A stretch of DNA of 64,000 nucleotides from Glycera tridactyla. Lineage: Eukaryota. The stretch lies in NCBI GenBank assembly GCA_965644265.1, contig OZ286467.1:18538001-18602000 (forward strand), given 5' to 3'. The notes beneath the pieces are model-generated. The model searched no databases and was not told the origin of the DNA. It was given only the letters and a program-made list of their open reading frames with translations. Position numbers and translations under genes: made by a program. Numbering within the stretch: position 1 is the stretch's first letter; every line of letters starts with the position of its first letter. This document shows positions 26,692 through 37,755 of the stretch, piece by piece.

Positions 26692-28901
26692 GACATACTC
26701 GCGATCACAAACACAATAATGCCGCGAATACCAATACAAATACTATTCCTATACACACATGCGCGATCTACTAGACAGGTGCCTAGAACGATCCCGTAAT
26801 CTGATTTCCCGTACGTCGAGCAAACATTCGAATCGGAGGAGTAATTCCCACCGAGAAGTGGCAGGATTATGTGACCACATGAAAATCCACTCACAGGCAA
26901 GTGATCTAATCGATCACACGGCGCTGAGTGTTGATGTTCATATGGCTCCTGCGATGTGTAGCACTTATACCGAGAGCAGCTGATGATCGTTGCGACGGAT
27001 CTGTCAGAGGTCTTTCTCGATAATATTTCATATATCACCTAATTGATAGAGCAAATTCCACTGTTTGGTTTCAAAGTTGATCCCTGATTGTTTTTTGATC
27101 GCGTGTTATCGGAACTTACTGATATGAGGCTATTCGTGACGTTTTGAGAGGGCTGGCTCAAATATAGATATTGGATTATCGGTAGTTCAGAGAGAAAACA
27201 TTTTCTCTGGAGATGTTCGCTATTCTCAGTGCGAGATAGGGATCTGAGGGGACCTTTTGCCACACACACTTGGCTTGTTTTTAACACCCGAAAATGTGAC
27301 ACTACCAGCTGACCTGTGACCTCTATTAGGATATCAAGACGCGACGCTTTGCCCTATTATCACGCCGTGCCGCCATGCTATTATGCCGTCGTAATCCAAT
27401 GCCTTTCTTTATCATGACATCTTGACGTGATGTTTCACTCTATTATGACGACCCATCGAGGGAGGGGGGGGGGGGCAACAATAGCTGGAACATAGGCGTC
27501 AGCTGACATCGGGAATAAACTTGTTATCGATCTATGATGAAAATTGTCATGGGAGAAAAGTATTAACACATTGGCGCGTGAGATCCGTTTATTATCCCCT
27601 ACTTTGTGCACTTATGACCTCGTGTGTTTCTGACTCCTCAGCGCACCTCATTGAGAATGACATGGATCTCAGACCACAGTATGTTCTTATTATATTCTTA
27701 TATTCAATCAGAATAGAATCACAAATAGATTCAATACAAACATATCCTGAACTTTTCGTGTGGCACAAAAGCATTACATGGCCCGAAGAAATGCTCTTGA
27801 ATCTATCTCGTCATTCTGGTACGTTATACCATTTGGTGGCCCTCTCATTATCATCTCTCGAGAAAGATCGTCAGTGATGTAGGGTTAAAATATCACCCTG
27901 AAATAGTACTCTCTAAAATGTCATAAAAGCTGATGTGCTTGTTTGATGTGTGAGACTAATCGAGAATATGAGTTTTCCCCGCCCACTTATAAATACACCA
28001 GAACCAACTCGAAGTGATCACTGCTGTCCTCTGTGTATACAGAGTTGATTAGTATGGTAGAAATATCACATAAAGACCGAATGATTATGTAGTACATCTT
28101 CCCCAAATGAAATGGTCATGCATGTAATGAGGATGGAGACAAATTGAATTTAGTGACGACGATGATGATGATAATGACGATGAGGCCGAGGACTGCCATT
28201 ATATTCATGGCAATGATAACGGTGAAACCAATGTGAAGTACAGTAAACCGCGGTGAAACAATTGTGGTGGGAGACAAATGGAACGGTGTAAAAACGAAGG
28301 AAAAGGTGAACGGGAGGAAATGGAAGAAGAATAGAGTGATACAATCTACGGAAAGCGGGGAGAGGGATGAGAAGGAAAGGGAATGGGGAGAAAGGTAACG
28401 TACGGAGCAGAAAGGGATTCGCACGAGGAGGAGCAGAAGGAGAACACGAACAAGGCGAACTTTCTTGTATTTCATCGTGTCATACTGTGCTAGTGTTCAT
28501 TTGACACCTGTACACATGTCACTGCCATCAAGTAGGATTCTTCATAATCACAGTTTCTTGTTCAATTCATGGTGACATTGTGTATCGAGGTCGTTTGTAC
28601 CAAGTAGGAGGCACAATGTGACCATCATCAGTAACGACAATTTATCAGATGCAATTCGTTCCGATCTTGATTCGAAGAAAATGTATCGACTCAAAAAATC
28701 GACAATTAGGGATGACGGGAGAACCGGAACAGATCATCTCACTCAATCAATCGAGCAACCACGCTGCAATTAAGGAACATCGCTGATTTCATTCTCCATT
28801 TGTAGTTCTTCATGTTGAGGATGAAGTCTGATGGTGTTGCCTCACTACCCATACACCAAACCTGAGCCAACCCTTGCCAGCTCCTCCTACCCATGTATGA
28901 A

Positions 28902-29010
28902 AAATGAGAAGAAATGTTGAGGTTTTAGGTCCACTTTCTGCACTTGAGTAGATTGAATCAGACCACCTGCCAAGGAGGAGTGAAGATGAAGGGTGGAACG
29001 TTCCTGCAGG
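28902..29010 (-). mobile_element. SINE family A, 5'-truncated copy
   Basis: GAAATGTTGAGGTTTTAGGTCCACTTTCTGCACTTGAGTA..GACCACCTGCCAAGGAGGAG is the reverse complement of the 3' half of the 13166 copy. Confidence 0.82.
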
Positions 29011-30921
29011 GTAACCCATGTTTAACAGCAACCACGATACTAAATACAAATAAGTAAGCCTGTATGCTTTATCATATACCTTTGCTTAAAGATGACAGTG
29101 AAATACTATCGCATGTGGGATTCCCACTACAACATTGGCGCATTAATCGTGAATTGATGGTACTGGACGGCCAATCTGTGTGCACAACATTATTCTTATC
29201 ACTATTTGCAACCCACTTCATAGCACACTTGTGAAAATGTCGATCTCAGCGCTTTCTGAAGGACAAGGTGACTTGCAATTTTTGTTGGATGTTGATGGAG
29301 GAACGTCACACGACCATGATTGTACGTTGATTGATATCAATTAGCAATAGTGTACACACATCTAACTCCTCGAGATTGAAAGAGATACGTGCTCGTGCAT
29401 ACGTGGTTGGAATTCCATATGGTCTGAAACAATTAATGCCTTCTTATTTTTAAAGAGAAAATAATAGTGATAGACTAATTAGATTCTCCAGATCCTGTCT
29501 GGAAACAATATCAGTCGTTCTACTGTCATTTGCATCCCAATGAAGAGCGTCTGGGGCAAGCATCGAGCTCATTGCATTTTATTCAGAAGATCCATCAATT
29601 CTTGAGGTTGTTGGGATTGTTGTCCACATCTATCAAATATCAGCAAGATCATCTCAGATTAGTGACATGTTAATCCAATGATGTCACCATATGTCGTATG
29701 CTAGTGTCTACCTGTATGTACCAACCTGTGACAAACTCTGCTATTCACTGCCTATCATCAATTACACTCATATTTGAAATTCTTCTATTATATTTTTTGG
29801 ATCATTGACCTGTTCAGAAAGGATTTTATGTTCTGTGATATTGATATATTTATCCTGTCAATTGGCCAAGTTGCGAATTCTCAAGAGGTAAATCTTTGGT
29901 GGGGAAATACTGTACTGACTATCAACCAGAGATGTCTCATATCAGATTTGCACATGGTCATGGTGGGTCAAGGGTATATTTTGAGAAAGGATTCATCACT
30001 GATAATGTGTTCAGTGATAATAGGTGCTAGATGTGTAGCAGAAACTAGGATATACATCATTCCAGGCTATTATATCAAGTTGATGGAGAGTTCGCTTTGA
30101 TAGTGGTCACGGAACTGGCCGTGAGTGATATTAGGCTTTTCAGTCTTGAAACACGAGTACGCGTAGAGGACCAGAGGAATCTTTCAGACATACACATTCC
30201 AACATATTCCAGGCCTTCTTATCGACTCCCTGTTCAGAGGTTCCTCATTTCTCTGATTTCACTGAATGAAACAACCCAAAAGTATCCAGTCAACTTGATC
30301 ATCGTGGATTTTGGCGCAGAACTCAGATGCAGATGATCGCCCAGCAGTTTTTGACATTTTCTGGCTCTTATATATATATATATTGTTACTTTATTTTGAT
30401 TCGTCAATTGTAATGTGTACATATACAAATATACAATGCCTCCAGTCGAAGGCGTTCCCAATGCGACGAATTATTACTACTAATTCAATAATACATTATT
30501 GCTGTACCCACTCAAATTTATATATAACCAATCGTATTTCTGTTTTCAGACAATATAAATGATGCATGAAGTTGACATAATTGAGATGAAGATGACAAGT
30601 GAAGATGAAAACGAAGACCCATTGCAACAGGAGAAGATAATAAAGGACTTTCCATGAACTATATAGACATTGTGTTCTTTACATAATTAGGAAATTCAAT
30701 TAGACAACTAATACAAATATTGTATACAGATGAGAAAATGTATAATAAATAACTTTTCAACAAACGATTTGCTTTGGATTTTGTTTTCACAATCACTCAA
30801 ATTCTAATTCAAAATTCAGGTTTTGGTTTGGTGCCTGATCTTAGTTAGATTCAGACCCTATACAAAAACATCTAGGATACACATATAATTTTATTTATAC
30901 CCTTCATCTAGAATGCTATAT

Positions 30922-33852
30922 TCAGGCAATATGCATAAATAGCTTCAACTGTTCCTTAAATACTTTTGGTGGTACGCTTCCGAATTCTTCAAAATCTCTC
31001 ACATAATTATTCCATAGTCTACTACCTCTAAACTGAAAAGATCCTTCAGCCATTTTTAATCTCGGTTGATGTATTGACACATATTGCCTGTTCAATGATC
31101 TGGTATGGTATTCATGTGGTACTTGCAGATAGGTACATAATGGATCATACTGTGGATGCACATTCTCTGTTAATATATTGTTAACATGTATAAGGGTATG
31201 GTACTGTCTACGACAGTCGAGGTATGGCATTTTTAGTACATTATGTAATTGAGATGTCCTTGTTAGAGGAGCACTTCGAGTTATTATTCGAAAAGCTTTG
31301 TTTTGCACTTTTTGAAGTTTACTTGCATTCACCATACCCAGACTGTCGTAAACAATATCGCAGTAATCAAATATAGGAAGGATGAGCGTCCTATACAGCA
31401 TCAGGGACACATCTCGACTAAGTCTGTCCCTGAGTCTGCCCAAGACTCCCACCCTTCCCATGGTTTTTGATCTAATATACTCAGCATGACTTGAGAAGCT
31501 CAACGTTTCATCGAGGATGACTCCTAAATATTTAAAAGTCTTTGTTTGCTTTACTAATTCATCTTGGAACATTATCTCAAAATTACAGCGATTCACCTGT
31601 TGTCTAGACCCAAAGATCATGATTTGAGTTTTTTTAATATTCAGGCTGAGCTTATTTCTCTTTAGCCAGATACTGGCTAGATTTAGAGCATTCTCAAGTC
31701 TCGTCTGTAATACAGTTGGATCCTTATTTGACACCATAATAGCAGTGTCATCCGCATAGAGATTCATACTGAGCCCCCTCATAAAATTTGATATATCATT
31801 CACGTATATAGTGAACAACAGGGGGCCCAGTATGGATCCCTGTGGGACTCCACATGAGACTTCACAAGCCGTTGAGGTTACTCCATTTACCTTTACCTGA
31901 CATGTTCGGCCTGTCAAATAACTCTTAAACCATTTGATGCAAATTGTGTTCGCACCATACCTTTCCAGTTTCTTGAGCAAGATGTCATGGTCTACCGTGT
32001 CAAAAGCCTTCTTAAGATCCAAGAAGAGGACCCCACTGGTATCACGATTTTCAATATTTAAATATATTTTATCTAGAAATTCTAGTAAACACGTGCCAGT
32101 GGAGCACCCCTCCCTGAATCCAGACTGCTCCCGACACAGTAGACCATGACTTTCAAAATATTTCGACACTTGGTGATGAATTAACCTTTCCAAGACTTTG
32201 CCAAGGGTACATAAGAGACTGATGGGTCTATAATTTGATTCACACGACCTGCTACCTTCTTTAAATAATGGTATAATGGTTGCCGATTTCCATTGGCTAG
32301 GAAAAGTCCCTTCCGAGATACTGGTGTTGTATAGATGTCGTAAAATAGGGCATAGGGAATCTACACAATTTTTTAAAATTTTCACACTGATCCCATCATC
32401 TTTTCCAGCCTTCGATGGTGACAATCTATCTATTGCCTTCCTCACATCATGTGAATCAATAGCCGTTAGGCTTAATGTGTTATTTAAGTTATATGGAAAG
32501 TTTGCAATAGGATCAGTACCATCACTTTTAATGGTTTCACTTAATTTATTCCCTATGTTACCAAAGAAATAATTTAAGCGTTCAGAAATCTCATTTTTAT
32601 CTGTTGTATCTCCAATTTTCATAATTTCTGTTGAACCTTTCGATTTTCCCCAGAAAGCATGTATAGTTTCCCACAATTTTCTCGGTTCTGACTTATGTTC
32701 TTTTAACGAGTCTTCTATATATTGCCTTTGAAGGTTGCGTTTCAGAATTTTACATTGCTTTTCTATTTCTTTCTTTGCAATTTTGTTGGTTTCAGAATTT
32801 TCTAATTTAAAATTCCTATTTGCTTTTTCTCGAGCTTTAACCAAATCGAGATATTCTCCTGTTAGCCATTTCGGCCAATTTTCTCGGACTCGGTGCCTTT
32901 TCAAAGGGATATTTTCAGTTATTATATCATTCAGGACCTGGTGGAAAATTCTAGTACAATTATTGGTATCCTTACTATTAAAAAATTCATTCCAGTCTGC
33001 AGATCTTATTTTATCCTGGATCAATTTAAAATCAGCCTTGGCAAAGTCTCTGAAAAAAACAAATTCGGATGCTTTTGATGTAGGCATTTTCTTTCTTACA
33101 ACAATCAACATACTATGGTCTGATATGCCTGTATCAAGGACTCCGTGCTGGTGATAAAGTTCTGGGCAGTTCACATTAAAATGATCAATCAGCGTCTTTG
33201 AGAATTCGGTAACCCTGGTGTGTTTTGTGATTAATTGTGACAAGTTATTACTTTTCAATATTCTATAGTATTGGTTATTTTTACTTAAAGTTACTAGGTC
33301 GATATTGGTATCTCCGGTTACCAAAACATCTCCAAATTTGCACTGTTCAATTTTTATAAGACTTTCATCCAGCCAATCACAAAACACACCCTGATTCCCG
33401 CTTGGGGGTCTATAAAGACCACATATATAAATTGGTCTGGTATCAGGAAGCAATAGTTTCATCCAGAGGGCTTCAATATCAGGGCAACATATAACTGTGT
33501 CATCCATAAGTTCAACAACACGATTCTTTCGAATATATACAATTAGTCCTCCTCCAGTACGCTTACCACTTTCAACAGTTCTATCAGCTCGTATAATATA
33601 ATACCCCTGGATACTAAGTTCTGAATTTTCTATTGTCGAGGAGAGAAATGTTTCTGACAAAATAAGAATATCAAGCTTACTCTGTAACAAGAGTAACTGT
33701 ATATCATCCACCTTTTTCACAAGACTCCTTATGTTGAGATAGCCAATCTTTACTCCTTTAAAGTCATTGCATTCCTTTATCGATGCAAGTTGTCTTGTAG
33801 GTTTCAGGAAGTCCTTCTTCTCAGCTACAGGTGGGTCTATTGTTGATGGCAT
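30922..33852 (-). CDS. Non-LTR retrotransposon ORF2 (APE endonuclease + reverse transcriptase), CR1 group (L2/Crack/Daphne-like), uninterrupted
   Basis: 976-aa open frame. APE motifs: YLNIRSL, LSETFL, GGGLIVYI, GDTNIDL, LIDHF, SDHSML. RT motifs: NYRPISLL, QSGFR, FLDLKKAFDTV, GVPQGSILGPLLF, YADD, FKYLG. C-terminal FQFRGSRLWNN as in CR1/L2 ORF2. Exact clade is not determinable without a phylogeny. Confidence 0.97.
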   Translation of the reverse strand: MPSTIDPPVAEKKDFLKPTRQLASIKECNDFKGVKIGYLNIRSLVKKVDDIQLLLLQSKLDILILSETFLSSTIENSELSIQGYYIIRADRTVESGKRTGGGLIVYIRKNRVVELMDDTVICCPDIEALWMKLLLPDTRPIYICGLYRPPSGNQGVFCDWLDESLIKIEQCKFGDVLVTGDTNIDLVTLSKNNQYYRILKSNNLSQLITKHTRVTEFSKTLIDHFNVNCPELYHQHGVLDTGISDHSMLIVVRKKMPTSKASEFVFFRDFAKADFKLIQDKIRSADWNEFFNSKDTNNCTRIFHQVLNDIITENIPLKRHRVRENWPKWLTGEYLDLVKAREKANRNFKLENSETNKIAKKEIEKQCKILKRNLQRQYIEDSLKEHKSEPRKLWETIHAFWGKSKGSTEIMKIGDTTDKNEISERLNYFFGNIGNKLSETIKSDGTDPIANFPYNLNNTLSLTAIDSHDVRKAIDRLSPSKAGKDDGISVKILKNCVDSLCPILRHLYNTSISEGTFPSQWKSATIIPLFKEGSRSCESNYRPISLLCTLGKVLERLIHHQVSKYFESHGLLCREQSGFREGCSTGTCLLEFLDKIYLNIENRDTSGVLFLDLKKAFDTVDHDILLKKLERYGANTICIKWFKSYLTGRTCQVKVNGVTSTACEVSCGVPQGSILGPLLFTIYVNDISNFMRGLSMNLYADDTAIMVSNKDPTVLQTRLENALNLASIWLKRNKLSLNIKKTQIMIFGSRQQVNRCNFEIMFQDELVKQTKTFKYLGVILDETLSFSSHAEYIRSKTMGRVGVLGRLRDRLSRDVSLMLYRTLILPIFDYCDIVYDSLGMVNASKLQKVQNKAFRIITRSAPLTRTSQLHNVLKMPYLDCRRQYHTLIHVNNILTENVHPQYDPLCTYLQVPHEYHTRSLNRQYVSIHQPRLKMAEGSFQFRGSRLWNNYVRDFEEFGSVPPKVFKEQLKLFMHIA

Positions 33853-35356
33853 GATGATGAGTTAATGAGTGTGATTATATAATGTATTTCTGAGTGAGGA
33901 AGTAGTTTGAGTACAGCAATTGTTTTGTTTACTACGATCAAGATGTTTTAGTGTATAGTGCTATATTGTATTTTATATAAAAAACAAAATAGAAATTACC
34001 TCTCTTATTATGCCATTAGGTCCTACACCAACTTGGGCATCGAATTGATTTCAATAGGACGATGTGCTTATAATTCAGTGAATTGATATTGGAATTTTCA
34101 GATTTTAATCCAGGTTAACATCGAGAGGAGTTCTCTCAAAAATGTTTTACTCCATTCGAGGCTACTCTAAAGTATACTCAGAAATTATGACCAATTCACT
34201 TGTGTATAGTAGTCAAAGTACACTTGATCAAGCAGTAGAAACTAGAACACGGTTTTGTAACTTCTCAAAAAACATGCCCTTGATAAACATTAAACATTAA
34301 GAGAACTAAGAGCAGAAACATTTCCTCCTGAAAACACTCACTGGTAAGTGGACAAGCAAAGTAAGTCTTGGTAGATAATCACATTCTGTACCCCTCAAAA
34401 TGATATTCAAAATAACATGACAAATACATTGAGACGGATCAGTGCAAAACTTCCTTCCTGCGGGAAGGAAGAAAAACAAAACACTCGGTGGTAAGTAAGC
34501 AACAGAAATAAATCAGACTTTTCATCTGGAATAGGATTTGACCTTCATTGCCGTGACTAGTGACACAGACTGTTTTCACCGAGATGAAAACAAATCTATG
34601 TAGATAATCACATTCTGAATTACCTCAAAATAGGATTCGAAAAACTTGACAAACAGATATTTTGAGAAAATAATATAAGTAGTCTGATTGAGGTTCTAAT
34701 CAAATCAAAAATAAAATAGAATAAAATAAAATACAGATTTTTTGGCTATCTAGCTCTTGAGAAAGTAAGGTGCTCTATTTTATATTCTATTCAAAGATTA
34801 AAGTTTAGGGGTTTATATAATCATTCCTAATTTAATTGATTACAATGATTCCCTATCAAGAATTTCTTTATCAAAATCGATCATGTTCTAAGGGTGATCT
34901 TCATTTTACTTTAGCAAGGCAGCAAATTATATTAAACAAAATAAGACATATTAAACAAAATGAAACAAAATGAAACAAAGTCAAAGCGGGAGGGTGGTTT
35001 TAAGACTCACCAGTTCTCCTCCTAGGTTCATTCATCTAGTACAGTCAAACCTATCCTAGCCTCACTATTATCGTCTTTCAATAAATTTAAAGCAAAGGTA
35101 AAACATATATGCAATATTTAAACTCCTCCAGGATATTTCTACTTAGTAAAGAAAAATATTTCAGAGAACCCTTGACATAATTTCAACATATCTCATGCTA
35201 TATATTTAATTATCTTCCTTAGAGAATATGAATCGGAAAGGAGGCCACATGGATAGAATCTGGGCAATCATACAATCTGTTTCATGTTCTGGTAGTACAA
35301 ATAGTTTCTAAAATTCACCTCATATTTCACCATGGGGAAGCATGTTAAGCACCATA

Positions 35357-35570
35357 CCATGCCTCATTCGCAGACCCCTAACATTGCTGTCATCTCTAAG
35401 ATCCAACATGGCATCATTGCTTTTATAGAATCCAGTCAAACATCAATATAAACAAAGAGCTTGCCATGCCTCATTCGCAGACCCCTAACATTGCTGTCAT
35501 CTCTAAGATCCAACATGGCATCATTGCTTTTATAGAATCCAGTCAAACATCAATATAAACAAAGAGCTTG
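35357..35570. repeat. Perfect 107-bp tandem duplication
   Basis: 35357-35463 is identical to 35464-35570 by inspection. Confidence 0.93.
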
Positions 35571-37551
35571 CCAGGGTGATATCTGATACTTTGTAAGTGA
35601 ATCCACGGTAACTATTTCTGATCAAAAATGCTTCTGAGTAGTCAAATAATACAGACGAAAACCTTTCACTGAAAACCCACATTTCTTGATATTTCTTATC
35701 ACATGATTAACTAGCTTTACACTACTCAGGCAGGCAGTAGACGCAGCGCCATGGAGAGGCAGGGCCGGCATTAGAAATTTTGACGAAATACCTATACACT
35801 ATGATATAATATCTATCAGGCATTTTTGCAAAAATTTCTCCCAGGACCACAGCCAACGGTGAGAACCGGGATACTCTTATCTGCAACTCTACCCACTTAT
35901 ATAACAGATTTATATAATATTATTCAAAAATTTTCACAAGCCAGAAGACTGGAATAGATATATAAAGCATCTTAGGACCACAGCCAACGGTGAGAGCCTG
36001 ATGCCTCAGATCTATCCCAGCATGTGTGCTAATTTGCACAGTTTTAGTCATTTATAGGTCCAATACCAGTATCCACCTCACCAGTGCGCTGCATTCACCA
36101 ATTCATTTTGGAATTCTGACTCATTCCCTCATGAATTGATACCATATACTTCAGACAAAGACAAAAAGCAAGTGCACATACAGAAAAACTTCTCGATTAC
36201 CTAATAATTAGGTAAATGTTTCACCACATTTTGGTTGACGAATGACAAAAGAAAAACATAAGTTCACACTCAAAGTAAGTTTTTGACATTTTCTGGCTCT
36301 TATTAAGAGGAGAGGCCATTTTAACGCCACAAAAAATCCACGAATCCCTTTGAGATCAGAGCAGCCATTTCGGTCTCCATTCGCCGACCCCTTGACTACA
36401 ATCTTACGATGGGACATTGAAATTTGATTATCTCCTCCATATGGATGCAGTCCCATCAAACTGCATGCCTCAATCTTCAAATGCGTCGCGTCACACCTTA
36501 CTTGCTCGTGAGGTGCGATATGCCATACTCATCATCTTTGTGCAAGACGCTGGTGGATTCACCCCATTAGCAGCCAGCATGTTGCATTCCAAGGCAGTCC
36601 CGACACAAGAACTTCACCACATCGTCCTCATTCTTGACATTGAGACATACTCCATCATGGTTCAAATCCGTAATGGTATAGAGAGTCCACTTGTCTAGAG
36701 CCTGAGTATGCATCGGCTGTGATTATCAGGTAGACAACTAAGTACTGCTTGTGCGTGTATATTGAAGTTTTGACTAGGTACTTCAATAGCTATTCATACA
36801 CTTACTTCAAGGCATTCGACATCCGATAAGACGATAAAAGTGGCGGCTGCCGTGAGATGAGTACAGCTGGCCATGGAAGTGATATCCCTTTCTAAGTATG
36901 GGAAGCTATCACCAGTTTGGAATTTGTGTATTTCCATATGAACATTTCTGAAAGTATAAATGCGAATCACAATACGAAATTACACATTTTCCATTTCAGA
37001 GCATAAGGATCAATCAGAGGCGAAATTGAAATTCAAGACAGGCATAGATGAAATTGCTTCGTCCGAGAACAAACAGACTGTTTGCATCATATCCATCTTA
37101 TTGACATTTATGTTTCTCATCCGGGGCTTTAAAGTTGTAAACATTCAAGAATCGATGAAAAATATGTCGAGCAGGGAACAGCATATCGACTATGTCAATA
37201 TACAAATGTTTACTAGCAAATATGAGTGAATTGGTTTTCAAAATAAAATATTGAGAGGGAACAATTCAGAAACAATTACTCCCGTTCTCCGATCATGTGC
37301 GATGTTCGACAATGTCGAGTTGAACTTATCAGCTTAAAGGTTGCCTGACTTCACGAGGCTGGGTATACGACAAAAAAATACCATGAACAAATTCTTCATA
37401 GCATTGGCAGGAAATTCTGTACAGCATCTGCTATCTGTCGTTAGTCTTTCTGTCTGCCTGACCAGTAAACATAACCAAACAGGCCATTTCAGGTTTTATT
37501 TTGGCGAGATATTGCAGAAATGGCACATGGTTTGCCAGTCGGTGCCTCAAA

Positions 37552-37755
37552 NNNNNNNNNNNNNNNNNNNNNNNNNNNNNNNNNNNNNNNNNNNNNNNNN
37601 NNNNNNNNNNNNNNNNNNNNNNNNNNNNNNNNNNNNNNNNNNNNNNNNNNNNNNNNNNNNNNNNNNNNNNNNNNNNNNNNNNNNNNNNNNNNNNNNNNNN
37701 NNNNNNNNNNNNNNNNNNNNNNNNNNNNNNNNNNNNNNNNNNNNNNNNNNNNNNN
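37552..37755. other. Assembly gap (N run)
   Basis: 204 N; CAGC/CCAT-type repeats follow at about 37800-37910. Confidence 1.

Larger units (their letters stand above)
30372..36277 (-). mobile_element. About 5.9-kb LINE insertion bounded by a 26-bp direct repeat (putative target-site duplication)
   Basis: AGTTTTTGACATTTTCTGGCTCTTAT occurs exactly at 30346-30371 and 36278-36303. On the minus strand the 3' end reads AATAAAGTAACA + (AT)n immediately before the repeat. Contains the intact ORF2, a 550-bp 3' UTR and a 2.4-kb leader. Confidence 0.8.

Noticed and set aside
31934-33154. Plus-strand ORFs at 31934, 32276, 32735 and 32893
   Set aside because: Antisense shadows of the intact LINE ORF2.
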